The position numbers and the translations under genes were made by a program. This document shows, piece after piece, positions 10,615-19,728 of a stretch of 64,000 nucleotides of DNA (position 1 is its first letter; each line of letters opens with the position of its first letter). Source of the DNA: Gammaproteobacteria bacterium (GTDB lineage Bacteria > Pseudomonadota > Gammaproteobacteria > Steroidobacterales > Foliamicaceae); assembly GCA_009838035.1 (NCBI GenBank), contig VXSK01000002.1, positions 415,994 through 479,993 of the forward strand, written 5' to 3'. The notes under the pieces are model-generated. The model had not been told where the DNA came from. It saw nothing but the letters and a program-made list of their open reading frames with translations, and made no database searches.

Positions 10615-11138
10615 GTTTTCAACTCCGTTTGCGAATCGGCCAGCGCGCCCTGCTCCGGCGGCTTGAGGTCGGGCCACAGCGCGAAAAGACTGTGGCGCAG
10701 GGTGGCAAGCACAAAGACCAGCGGAATCACGCCCTGGATCGGCCACACGATGATGCGCAGGACCACGGAACGCACGTCCAGCAGGTAGGTCTCGCGGACA
10801 AGGTCGAACGCGACCACGGCGAAGACGATGCAGAAGAGCGTCATCAGGACTTCGCTGAAATGATCGAGAAACGGCCCCCAGGACTTCGGAAGCCAGCCGT
10901 CGGCAAACCGGGGCCGTAGATGCGAGTTGGCGGCGGAGGCCAGCCCGATGCCGAACATCACCTTGATGATGTTCGCGTACACGCCGATCTGCCGCGCCCA
11001 GTACAAGCCGGATCCGCTGATCTCGCGGATCACCACGTCGCTGAAAATCACCACCACGAGCAGGGCGAAAGCGGCGATCGCAATGGCCCGCTCCACCTGG
11101 TACAGGGCGGCAAGCATGCGCCGCGCCGTCTCCTTCAC
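10611..11138 (-). CDS. dctQ: TRAP transporter small permease subunit (DctQ family)
   Basis: 175 aa with about 4 TM helices. It lies immediately upstream of, and overlaps, the DctM gene. Confidence 0.8.
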   Translation of the reverse strand: MKETARRMLAALYQVERAIAIAAFALLVVVIFSDVVIREISGSGLYWARQIGVYANIIKVMFGIGLASAANSHLRPRFADGWLPKSWGPFLDHFSEVLMTLFCIVFAVVAFDLVRETYLLDVRSVVLRIIVWPIQGVIPLVFVLATLRHSLFALWPDLKPPEQGALADSQTELKT

Positions 11139-11229
11139 CGCAAACCCCTCCCGCTCACTGGCGACGCGCGAACCACTACTTCAGATCAGGCACGCAAATG
11201 AAATTGAGGACGCAAATCCGCGGGTTCCC

Positions 11230-11976
11230 TCAGCGGCCGCGGATGGCGCGCACTTCCTCGGGACCGGGTCCCGATACCCGGCGCATGTGATATTCGTAGG
11301 TGTCCTGCCTGCGGCCTGCAAAATGCGGCACACGGTAAAGGGCCGACATGCCTTCCAGAATGCGCGAGATCCGGATCGGTCCAACGTCCATCGTTTCGAA
11401 GCCGAGGTCCGTTACCAGGTCCATCACCCATTGCTTGGAAGCCTCGTCGTTGCCGGCTACCGGTACGGTAACCGGACCATTGGCTCGCGCCGGATCGAGC
11501 ACGATGTGAAAACCAACGGTGTTGAACGCCTTGACCACGCGCGCGTCGGGCGCCAAGCCCTGCACCGTTTCGCCGTAGGACGTATCACTCAACGGCTGCG
11601 GCAATCCATCCGGCCCCTCCTCGACCGCATTGCCGACGTCGATGACCAGCTTGCCGGCCAGACTCGGGCGCAGCCGCTGCACCACGTCTTCCGCGGCGAA
11701 CCAGGGAACCGCCAGAATGACGATTTCGCCTTCGGCGGCGGCTTCCTCCTGAGTCTTCGCGCTGGCTTCGCCCGGCGTACGGGCGAGCAGCCGCTGAATG
11801 CGTTCGCTGGCCGGGTCGCGCGAACCGTATACGATCGTATGGCCGAGTTCCGCCGCTCGGGGGCCAAGGGACCCGCCCATCATGCCCGTGCCGATCACGG
11901 CGATGGTCTCGGCGGCCGCCGGTGAAGCGGCGGTCAGCAGCGCGATCAGCACCAGCGGCAAAGTTCGTTGCTTCAT
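11230..11976 (-). CDS. NADP oxidoreductase, coenzyme F420-dependent/ProC-like Rossmann protein with N-terminal signal-like segment
   Basis: [22 protein letters not shown] precedes [16 protein letters not shown], a GxGxxG dinucleotide fold. The overall layout resembles the F420-dependent NADP reductase family. I chose the start at Met13 of the listed ORF (MKQR). Confidence 0.65.
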   Translation of the reverse strand: MKQRTLPLVLIALLTAASPAAAETIAVIGTGMMGGSLGPRAAELGHTIVYGSRDPASERIQRLLARTPGEASAKTQEEAAAEGEIVILAVPWFAAEDVVQRLRPSLAGKLVIDVGNAVEEGPDGLPQPLSDTSYGETVQGLAPDARVVKAFNTVGFHIVLDPARANGPVTVPVAGNDEASKQWVMDLVTDLGFETMDVGPIRISRILEGMSALYRVPHFAGRRQDTYEYHMRRVSGPGPEEVRAIRGR

Positions 11977-12085
11977 CAGAATCCTCCCAATATCTCCAGG
12001 CCCCGGCAACACGCAGTTCCCGTTCGAAAACCGCCCTCGCTCCCCCGGAACACGACCACGGGAAGCGCATCAAGGGGTGAGTACA

Positions 12086-13114
12086 ATGCCCTATTTTGCC
12101 CGCACAGGAGAAGCCCTGATGCCAAACACCATGCGCGCCGTCGTTGCCGAAGCGCCCGGCGGCCCCGAATCCCTGCAAATGAAGGAACTGCCCATTCCCT
12201 CTCCCGGTGAAGGCCAGGTCCGGATACGGGTCGCCTACGCTCCGCTCAACCCACTGGACACGCACGCGCGGGCCGACCGCATCAAGTGGATGCATCCCGG
12301 CTTTCCGTTCGTGCCCGGTTACGAGTACTCGGGAAGAGTGGTGGAAACCGGCGACGGAGTGGACTCCGCGCTCAACGGCAAGCGCGTGGCCGCCAATGGA
12401 CAGTGGAACGGCAACGGCGAATTCGCCATTGCCCGCGCAGCCGGCCTGGTACCCATTCCGGACCGCTTCGACTACCAGTTGGGATCGACCTTTTCGACCT
12501 GCGCACCCACGTCCTGGCACCTCGTGCACTCCGCCGGAAGGGTCCAGCCGGGCCAGACGGTTGTTCTGCACTCCGCGGCCGGCGCGGTCGGCATCATGAC
12601 CACCCAGATCGCCAAGGACGCCGGCGCCATGGTGATCGGACTGGTCGGCGGCGAGAAGAAGGCCGAATGGGCCAGTCAGTTCGGCGCCGACCACATGCTC
12701 GACTACCGCTCCGAGGAATGGCCGGCGCAGGTCAAGGAACTGACCGGCGGACGCGGCGCAGACGTGATCGTCGACGGTGTGCAGGGGCCCAATGCGGCGC
12801 GCAACTACGACGCCTGTGCGCCCCTGGGCAACGTGATCTACATCGGCGCGATGGGCGGCATGGCGCCGCCGGCCGATATTTCCCTGATCATCGGCAAGAG
12901 CATCAGCGTTACCGGCTTTGTGCAGTTCTTCCACCAGGCCCGCACCCGCCAGGCGGAAGACGCCGAGATCGAGGAGAAGCTGGCTACCGGGCAATGGCGG
13001 ATTCCGATCGAGCGGGTCGCCGCGCTGGACGAAACGCCCGCAATGCATGCGGCCTTCGAAAACCGCGAACTGTTCGGGCGGACCCTGATCGAGGTCGGCG
13101 GAGAGGACGTCTGA
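12086..13114 (+). CDS. Medium-chain dehydrogenase/reductase (quinone oxidoreductase-like)
   Basis: MRAVVAEAPGGPESLQMKELPIPSPGEGQVRIRVAYAPLNPLD, followed by the cofactor loop LHSAAGAVGIMTTQIAK. ATG 12086 is in frame; the listed ORF start 11798 overlaps the divergent gene. Confidence 0.8.
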   Translation: MPYFARTGEALMPNTMRAVVAEAPGGPESLQMKELPIPSPGEGQVRIRVAYAPLNPLDTHARADRIKWMHPGFPFVPGYEYSGRVVETGDGVDSALNGKRVAANGQWNGNGEFAIARAAGLVPIPDRFDYQLGSTFSTCAPTSWHLVHSAGRVQPGQTVVLHSAAGAVGIMTTQIAKDAGAMVIGLVGGEKKAEWASQFGADHMLDYRSEEWPAQVKELTGGRGADVIVDGVQGPNAARNYDACAPLGNVIYIGAMGGMAPPADISLIIGKSISVTGFVQFFHQARTRQAEDAEIEEKLATGQWRIPIERVAALDETPAMHAAFENRELFGRTLIEVGGEDV

Positions 13115-14154
13115 CCCTCGCCGGCCGAATCACTGCCCCTTTGCTGGCCGCGCTCCTTGCGGCGGCCTGCGGAGACGATGCCGGCCGGGAGGAGGAGGAC
13201 GGCAGACTTGTCGTCGTGATCGGCGCTTCCGGCGCCATCGACACGCCCTGGCATGACGGCTGGCGGCGTTTTGAGCGCCGCGTCTACGAGGCTGCGTACC
13301 CGGGACTGGAGTTGCAGATGTCCGTCAATGGGCAACTCGGAACGGAGGAGACCATTCTGGCGCAGGCGCGGCGCGGACGAATTCAATATGCGGGAACGTC
13401 GCTGCACGGGATGTCCAGCGTCATTCCCGAACTCAGCGTGATTCTCTCGCCGTACCTCTTCGAGAGCTATGAAGAGGTGGACTTTGTCACGGACAAATAC
13501 CTGACGCCCGTATTCACCGAAATGCTGGCCGAACGCGGGATCACCTTCATTCAGTGGAGCGAGGTGGGATGGAACCACATCTACTGCCGCGAGCCACGGA
13601 TCGAACCGGAGGAATTCCGGGGTGTAAAGATGCGCGCGTCCACGGCCATCGCGCCCCAGGTGTTCACCGGTGCAATCGGCGCCGACAACATCCCCCTGCC
13701 GTTCGACGAGACCTTGCCCGCGCTTCAGACCGGCCTGATCGAATGCGGCCAGAGCGGCGCCGGCCAGTACCTGCTTTCCGGCATCGCCGAAGAGGCGCCG
13801 CATTACACGCGGACCGGGCACGCCTACGACTCCGGCGTGCAGTTCGCCAACTCGCAATGGTGGGAATCGTTGCCGGAGGAGGTGCGCCAGGTGCTGATGA
13901 ACGCGCTGGACGGCCAGCAGGAGAACCGCGACATCGTTCGCGAAGTGATTGCCGGGCAGGAGCGCGAATGGCAGGAGGCAGGCCGGGTTACGTTCTACGA
14001 ACTGAGCGAGGAGCAGGAAGCCCGCTGGCGGGAAGCGGCGGAAGGGTCGCACCAGAGGCTGATCGAGCGCATTGGCGGCCGCGCGCAGGAGATTTACGAC
14101 CTGATTCTGGTCGGCAAGGCGGACTTTGCGGCCCGCGGGGAGGATGCGGCATGA
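13111..14154 (+). CDS. dctP: TRAP transporter substrate-binding protein (DctP family), probable lipoprotein
   Basis: A lipobox-like LLAALLAAAC is followed by a DctP-type periplasmic binding fold (QMSVNGQLGTEETILAQARRGRIQYAGTS; FRGVKMRASTAIAPQVF). There is no ATG or GTG between the upstream stop (13114) and the lipobox. Candidate starts are CTG 13111 and TTG 13141, so the start is uncertain. Confidence 0.7.
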   Translation: MTLAGRITAPLLAALLAAACGDDAGREEEDGRLVVVIGASGAIDTPWHDGWRRFERRVYEAAYPGLELQMSVNGQLGTEETILAQARRGRIQYAGTSLHGMSSVIPELSVILSPYLFESYEEVDFVTDKYLTPVFTEMLAERGITFIQWSEVGWNHIYCREPRIEPEEFRGVKMRASTAIAPQVFTGAIGADNIPLPFDETLPALQTGLIECGQSGAGQYLLSGIAEEAPHYTRTGHAYDSGVQFANSQWWESLPEEVRQVLMNALDGQQENRDIVREVIAGQEREWQEAGRVTFYELSEEQEARWREAAEGSHQRLIERIGGRAQEIYDLILVGKADFAARGEDAA

Positions 14155-14750
14155 GCATTCGTGACGAGGTGATGGCGCTCGACATCCCGCCGCTGCGGCG
14201 GGACGAACTGGCCGGGGACATGCGCGACTATTTCGCGCTGTGCGAGGAAAAGCTGGGCTTCGTGCCCAACGTGCTGACCGCGCATTCCTTCAGCAGCGAA
14301 AAGCTCCGCGTCTTCCGCGAAATCTACGACGAACTGATGCTGGCCGACTCGGGCCTGAGCAAACTGGAGCGCGAAATGATCGCCGTCGTGGTGTCCTCGG
14401 CCAATCATTGCCTGTATTGCCTGGTCGCCCACGGCGCGGCGGTGCGCAAGCTTTCGGGCGACCCGCTGCTGGGCGAGGTGCTGGTGATGAACTACCGCGA
14501 GGCGGAGATCACGCCGCGCCAGCGGGTCATGCTGGACTTCGCCTGGAAGGCCACGGTCAGCCCGAAGGAAACCGGTGCGGAAGACCGCGCGCGGCTGCGC
14601 GACGCGGGCTTCAGCGAGCGGGACATCTGGGACATCGCCAACGTGACCGGCTTCTTCAACTTCAGCAACCGCGTGGCGATGGCCACCGGAATGACCCCCA
14701 ACCCCGAATACCACGATATGGCGCGCGAACCCGCAGAGGACGGGAAGTAG
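14151..14750 (+). CDS. AhpD/carboxymuconolactone-decarboxylase-family peroxidase-related protein
   Basis: CxxC motif in SSANHCLYCLVAHGAAV and AhpD-like helical repeats. ATG 14151 overlaps the dctP stop (ATGA). Confidence 0.75.
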   Translation: MSIRDEVMALDIPPLRRDELAGDMRDYFALCEEKLGFVPNVLTAHSFSSEKLRVFREIYDELMLADSGLSKLEREMIAVVVSSANHCLYCLVAHGAAVRKLSGDPLLGEVLVMNYREAEITPRQRVMLDFAWKATVSPKETGAEDRARLRDAGFSERDIWDIANVTGFFNFSNRVAMATGMTPNPEYHDMAREPAEDGK

Positions 14751-14770
14751 CTGCCGGGAGGATTCCACCA

Positions 14771-15823
14771 ATGAAACTGAGATTGCTGGGCTCGAGCAGC
14801 CTGCGCGTTTCCGAACTGTGCCTGGGCGCGATGACGTTCGGCGGGACGGCCCACCTGTACGCCGGGGAAGAGGATTGCCGCGCCGTCTACGACGCGTACC
14901 TCGCCGCCGGCGGAAACTTCATCGACACGGCCGACATGTACGGCATGGGCGCCAGCGAGAGCATGCTGGGCCGCTTCATGGGCGAGGACCGCGGGCGGAT
15001 CATCCTGGCAAGCAAGTACTCGATGAACACCGATCCGGACGACCCGAACGCCGGCGGCAACCACCGGGCCAACCTGGTCCGCTCGCTGGAGGGCAGCCTC
15101 GAGCGGCTCAAGACCGACTACCTGGACCTCTACTGGGTGCACGCCGCCGACGGACTGACCCCGCCATTAGAGGTCATGCGTGCGCTGGACGACCAAGTTC
15201 GGCTCGGCAAGATCCTGCACATCGGCGTTTCAAACGCGCCGGCCTGGTGGGTCGCGGCGATGAACGCGGCGGCCGCGGAGCGCGGCTGGACGCAATTCAC
15301 CGCCTTCCAGCTCCAGTACAACCTGGCGGAACGCACGATCGAGAACGCGTTCTTCCCGCTGGCGAAGTTCCAGGACATGGCGATTACCGCCTGGAGCCCG
15401 CTGCTGTTCGGCGCGCTCACCGGCAAGTACACGGTCGCGAAAGACGGCTCGGTCGAGGGAGAGGGACGACTGGGCGGACCCATGGGCGGGCGCATGCTCA
15501 CGCCGCACAACCTCAAGGTGGCCCAGGGCCTGCAGAAGGTCGCGGACCGCCTGGGCGCCGCGCCGGCGACCGTCGCGCTGGCCTGGCTGCTGCACCGTCC
15601 GGCGCCGGTCATCCCGATCGTCGGCGCCCGCAACCTCAAGCAGATGGATCAGAACCTGGCCTGCGTGGGCCTGGAGCTGGACGCGGAGACGCTGGCCGAA
15701 CTGGACGCGCTTTCGCCGCCGGCGCCGACCTTCCCGGAGTCGCTGCTGGCGATGCCGCCGCTGCGGACCATGGTCCACGGCTCGGCGCTGGTCGACCGCC
15801 TCGTGCCCTGGGACACGGACTGA
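14771..15823 (+). CDS. Aldo/keto reductase
   Basis: MKLRLLGSSSLRVSELCLGAMTFGG, FIDTADMYG, YLDLYWVH and ILHIGVSN are typical AKR blocks. ATG 14771 is in frame with the listed ORF 14240..15823. Confidence 0.85.
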   Translation: MKLRLLGSSSLRVSELCLGAMTFGGTAHLYAGEEDCRAVYDAYLAAGGNFIDTADMYGMGASESMLGRFMGEDRGRIILASKYSMNTDPDDPNAGGNHRANLVRSLEGSLERLKTDYLDLYWVHAADGLTPPLEVMRALDDQVRLGKILHIGVSNAPAWWVAAMNAAAAERGWTQFTAFQLQYNLAERTIENAFFPLAKFQDMAITAWSPLLFGALTGKYTVAKDGSVEGEGRLGGPMGGRMLTPHNLKVAQGLQKVADRLGAAPATVALAWLLHRPAPVIPIVGARNLKQMDQNLACVGLELDAETLAELDALSPPAPTFPESLLAMPPLRTMVHGSALVDRLVPWDTD

Positions 15824-15860
15824 TCGCTCGCTCTCCCCAAGGCGTTCCCGGCAGGATGCC

Positions 15861-17198
15861 GTGATTTCGCAGCGCATCCGCGTTTGCTGGGGCACCGGCG
15901 CGCTGGGCGTGGCGCTGCTGATGAATGCGGTCAGCGTGCTGGGACTGTTCTACCTGGTCAACGTCTTGGGAATCGATCCGCTTCTTGCCGGTGCGCTGAT
16001 CTTCCTGACCAAACTCCTGGACGTGGTCAGCGACCCCATCGTGGGTGGCTGGAGCGACCGGGTGAAGACGTCGGTCGGCCGGCGGCGGCCGTTTCTCCTG
16101 GCCGGCGCATTCGTGTCCGCGCTGGCGTTCGTGCTGATCTTCACGACTCCGGTCTTCGACTGGAAGTGGCTGACTGCGAGCTACGTTTTCTTGGCCCTGT
16201 TGATGTATACGGTCGGCTATACGCTGTTCAACGTTCCCTACATGGCCATGCCGGCGGAAATGACCGACAGCTACCACGAACGTTCGGCGATTCACGGCTA
16301 TCGCATGGTGTTCATCGCTAGCGGCGTGTTCCTCGCCACTTCGATCGCCCCGCTGGTCCTGGAAAATCTGGGGAGAGAGAACTGGGACGCGTACGCCGTA
16401 ATCGGCGCGGGCGGCGGAGCCGTCATCCTCGCCGCCATGCTGATCACCTGGTTCGGCACGGCCGGCGCGCGCTTCACCGACGCGGGCGTCGAGCGGATCA
16501 ACGTCTTTCGGCAATTCCGCCCCATTCTCGGCAACCCGCATTTTCTGCGGCTGATCGCGGTAAAGGCGGCGCAGCTGATCGGCATCGCATCCTCGCAGGC
16601 GACCGTGGTGTTTTTCGTCAGCTTTTATCTCAAACTCCCGCTGACCGTTCTTTTCTACTACGGCATCGTGGTCACCATCGTGTCCACCTGCAGCACGCCG
16701 CTGCTCGTGGCCATTTCGAAACGCATCGGCAAGCGCGAGACCTACCTGCTGGCCGCATTCTGCTACCTGGCCGGCGTATCGAGCTGGATGCTGGCCGGGC
16801 CGGGCGAACCCTTGCCGCTGATCCTGGCGCGGGGCGCGATCATTGCGGTTGCGGCGAGCGGCAACATCGTCATGGCCATGTCGATGCTTACCGATACGAT
16901 CGAATTCGATTCCAGCCGGACCGGAATCCGGCGCGAAGGCGTGTACACGGCCGTCTACAGCTTTGTCGAGAAAGTCACTTTCGCCACGGGACCGTTGATC
17001 GTGGGCTGGGCCCTGCGGGTGGCCGGTTTCGAACCGGGCCTGCCGGAAATTCAACTGTGGACGCCGGAAGTATCGAGGGCCCTGCTGCTCGGGATGTCCT
17101 ACGTCCCGACGTTCATGGGGTGTGTGGCAATCTTGCTGCTGACCCGCTATCGTCTGACCGACAAGGATCTTGCGAAACTGAGGGCCGCGTCATCATGA
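15861..17198 (+). CDS. MFS-type glycoside-pentoside-hexuronide (GPH) family cation symporter
   Basis: 12-TM profile with a GPH signature region (LLDVVSDPIVGGWSDRVKTSVGRRRPFLLAGA). GTG start. Confidence 0.8.
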   Translation: MISQRIRVCWGTGALGVALLMNAVSVLGLFYLVNVLGIDPLLAGALIFLTKLLDVVSDPIVGGWSDRVKTSVGRRRPFLLAGAFVSALAFVLIFTTPVFDWKWLTASYVFLALLMYTVGYTLFNVPYMAMPAEMTDSYHERSAIHGYRMVFIASGVFLATSIAPLVLENLGRENWDAYAVIGAGGGAVILAAMLITWFGTAGARFTDAGVERINVFRQFRPILGNPHFLRLIAVKAAQLIGIASSQATVVFFVSFYLKLPLTVLFYYGIVVTIVSTCSTPLLVAISKRIGKRETYLLAAFCYLAGVSSWMLAGPGEPLPLILARGAIIAVAASGNIVMAMSMLTDTIEFDSSRTGIRREGVYTAVYSFVEKVTFATGPLIVGWALRVAGFEPGLPEIQLWTPEVSRALLLGMSYVPTFMGCVAILLLTRYRLTDKDLAKLRAASS

Positions 17199-18256
17199 AC
17201 AACACGCTGCAACCGAAACTCCGCCAGCGCGGTCGCGCTTCCGTCGATTTCCTGGCCCACGTATTTCACGGCACGACCGGAGTGCGAAAGGGCGTCCAGG
17301 AGGAACTGAGCACCCGCTTCGGTGACGGGTCGTCCCTGCCGGACGACCTCGACGAGCGCCACCAAGCCGTCACCGGCGTCCTGTCCAGTGAACCGGGCTA
17401 CCGAGTGCAGCAAACGATCGGCGAATGGCATTCGCGCCAGCACGGACTGATCGCGATGAACGCGTTCGAGGAACTCAAGCCGGGCGTGACCGAACTGCTC
17501 GCGCGTTACGACGAAGGACCGTCGCGGCTCGTTGCCGACGAGGACTTCAAGGTTCCTGACTATTTCGATGGCGTGGAGATTCACCGCACCCGCGGCGGAT
17601 GGGACGGGCATCCCTACATGGGTTTCGTTCATGGCGAGATCGTCCACAGGCTGATCGTGGACGCCACCTATCCGGGCGGCATTTTCACACAGCGGCGCAT
17701 GGTGGCCGGGCTGGCGCCCAAGGAAAGCTACGGCCGCATTCTCGAGATGGGCTGCTCCACCGGGCACTTCACACGGGCGCTGGCCGAGACCTATCCGGAC
17801 GCGGAAATCACCGGAGTGGACGTTTCGATCCGCACACTGGAGCACGCGCTGCGCACCGGCAACTCCTGCGGCTACGGCTGGCAACTGTATCTGCGCGCCG
17901 CCGAGGACACCGGCTTCGACGACGAGCACTTCGACCTGGTCACCTCGTACATCCTTCTGCACGAAATGCCCGCCGACGCGATCCGGGACTCCTTTGCCGA
18001 GGCCTACCGGGTGCTGAAGCCCGGCGGCGACCTGCTGATGAGCGACGTCGCGCGCTACGCGCACCTGAACAAGGTCCAGGAATGGCAGGCCGACCAGCTC
18101 GCGCGTTTCGGCGGCGAGCCGTTCTGGCGAGAGTCCGCCAGCCTGGACCTGGTCGCGGCGCTGGAGGACGTCGGTTTCGAGGAGGTTGACGGTCGCGCGA
18201 TAGGCAATCAGGGTTATCCCTACCCCTACGTCGTGACCGCGCGTAAGCCCGGATGA
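17195..18256 (+). CDS. Class I SAM-dependent methyltransferase with ~170-aa N-terminal extension (module copy 1)
   Basis: Motif I ILEMGCSTGHF; further blocks ITGVDVS, DLVTSYILLHEM and LKPGGDLL. The N-terminal extension ends in FKVPDYFDGVEIHRTRGGW. ATG 17195 overlaps the symporter stop (ATGA). Confidence 0.85.
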   Translation: MNNTLQPKLRQRGRASVDFLAHVFHGTTGVRKGVQEELSTRFGDGSSLPDDLDERHQAVTGVLSSEPGYRVQQTIGEWHSRQHGLIAMNAFEELKPGVTELLARYDEGPSRLVADEDFKVPDYFDGVEIHRTRGGWDGHPYMGFVHGEIVHRLIVDATYPGGIFTQRRMVAGLAPKESYGRILEMGCSTGHFTRALAETYPDAEITGVDVSIRTLEHALRTGNSCGYGWQLYLRAAEDTGFDDEHFDLVTSYILLHEMPADAIRDSFAEAYRVLKPGGDLLMSDVARYAHLNKVQEWQADQLARFGGEPFWRESASLDLVAALEDVGFEEVDGRAIGNQGYPYPYVVTARKPG

Positions 18257-18543
18257 ACGACGACCCCAGGTCCTTCAACAATCCCGACCGCCCGACGCTC
18301 ACGGCGGACGACATGCCTGGCGTGGGCCAGGCCGTAATGACGCTTACGCACGAGCTCTACGTCCTGATTGACCGCCTCGCCGCACTGGAAGCGGTGCTCG
18401 AGCGCCATGGCCTCAACGTCGGCACGGAAATCGAAACCTTCAAGCCGGATGCGGAACAGCAGAAGCAACTCAACGAGCGCGGCCGCGCCCTGGTGGCCCG
18501 CGTTACCAACGCCCTGGCCGGAAAATCCGACCCGCTGCCCTGA
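18253..18543 (+). CDS. Small helical partner protein of the methyltransferase (module copy 1), unknown family
   Basis: 96 aa, with its start overlapping the methyltransferase stop (ATGA). The core HELYVLIDRLAALEAVLERHGLNVGTEIETFKPDAE aligns without gaps to two other small ORFs in the window, each next to a paralogous methyltransferase. Confidence 0.7.
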   Translation: MNDDPRSFNNPDRPTLTADDMPGVGQAVMTLTHELYVLIDRLAALEAVLERHGLNVGTEIETFKPDAEQQKQLNERGRALVARVTNALAGKSDPLP

Positions 18544-18555
18544 CCGCCTCCCGTT

Positions 18556-19722
18556 CTAGAGCGGTTCGGTTGCGGGATCGTAGTGGGAAAGGCCTAGGGT
18601 TTCCTCGGTGACTACGGGCCTTCGGGCCAATTCGTCCGGGTCCTGCTGCATCAGGCGCTCGCCCCCGTGAAGGGACTCGCGGTGGATGACGGTCACGCGC
18701 TCCAGGCGGGCGTTCTCGTAGCGACGCAGCGCCTCATCGGCCCCTTTGAACTCGATCAGCGATCGGCATAGGATCACCGCGTCCTCGATCGCCATCGCGG
18801 CGCCCTGGCCCAACCAGGGCAGCATCGGGTGGGCGGCGTCGCCCAGCACGGTAGCCCGGCCCTTGACCCAGCGAGGCAGGGGTGGACGCGAAAAAAGGCC
18901 CCACTTGTGGCAGCGCGTGCCGGAAAAAGCTCCAAGCACAACACGAGCGTCCTCGTGAAAGTCGGAAAAGACGCCACGCACCGAACCGATATCGCCGGTC
19001 TGCGACCAGCCTTCCGCGGTCCAGTTGTCCGCCCGCGAGAATGCCACGAAGTTCTGCAATGCCCCGTGGCGTACGGGGTAGCGAACGAACATCCGGCCCG
19101 GCGCCACGAACACCATGGAACCGGGGCGGGACTGTTCCGCGCCCAACTCGTCCCGGGTCACCAGGCCCCTCCAGGCCACGAAGCCGGAGAACTCGGGCGC
19201 CGGTTCGGAGAAGACCTCGCGGCGCACGGTGGACTTGAGCCCGTCGGCGCCGACCAGCAAATCGGCGGCTGCCTGCGACCCGTCGGCAAAACCCAATACA
19301 TAAGCACTCGCCGAATCGACCGAAACGGCCGTCAGTTCCCTGTCCAGCACCAGCGCATCAGGCTGCAGCGTGGCCAGTCTTTCGCGCAGAAGATCATGCA
19401 GATCGGCGCGATGGGCCTGCAGGTATGGCGCGCCCAGTTGCTCGCGGGTGTTGTGGCGCCGGAAGTTCACCAGCACCTTGCCGTTGGCGTAGTGGCGCGT
19501 GACCTGGGTCGGCGGCTCGTCGGCCAGCGCCTCCAGTCGCTCGCCGATGCCCAGGTAACGAAGTCCCTTGACGGCGTTCGGCGACAGCGAAACGCCGGCG
19601 CCGATCTCCCTGAGCTCGGGCGCCTGCTCATAGACGCGCAGCCGCTGGCCCGCGCGGGCCAGCCCCAGCGCCAGAGCCAGGCCGCCGATGCCGGCGCCGA
19701 CAATCGCAATTTCTTCCGCCAC
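18556..19722 (-). CDS. FAD-dependent aromatic-ring (group A flavoprotein) monooxygenase, salicylate/3-hydroxybenzoate hydroxylase-like
   Basis: N-terminal GxGxxG (IAIVGAGIGGLALALGL), DG motif (LVGADGLKSTVR) and C-terminal GDAAHPMLPWLGQGAAMAIEDA. Confidence 0.85.
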   Translation of the reverse strand: MAEEIAIVGAGIGGLALALGLARAGQRLRVYEQAPELREIGAGVSLSPNAVKGLRYLGIGERLEALADEPPTQVTRHYANGKVLVNFRRHNTREQLGAPYLQAHRADLHDLLRERLATLQPDALVLDRELTAVSVDSASAYVLGFADGSQAAADLLVGADGLKSTVRREVFSEPAPEFSGFVAWRGLVTRDELGAEQSRPGSMVFVAPGRMFVRYPVRHGALQNFVAFSRADNWTAEGWSQTGDIGSVRGVFSDFHEDARVVLGAFSGTRCHKWGLFSRPPLPRWVKGRATVLGDAAHPMLPWLGQGAAMAIEDAVILCRSLIEFKGADEALRRYENARLERVTVIHRESLHGGERLMQQDPDELARRPVVTEETLGLSHYDPATEPL

Positions 19723-19728
19723 GGGTTG

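Noticed and set aside
11139-11229. 8-nt direct repeat ACGCAAAT, two copies 20 nt apart, between the Rossmann oxidoreductase gene and dctQ.
   Set aside because: It is too short to distinguish from chance without genome-wide statistics, and no cognate regulator is nearby.
12286-13110. 275-codon upstream extension of the DctP ORF. Similar extensions occur for the AhpD-like (13554-14150), AKR (14240-14770), CoA-transferase (40695-41138), leuD (56268-56486), hisG (57653-58144), hisD (58954-59046) and amidohydrolase (58872-60353) ORFs.
   Set aside because: These are open-frame read-throughs into the preceding genes. In most cases the recognisable protein starts at an internal ATG/GTG that abuts or overlaps the upstream stop codon.
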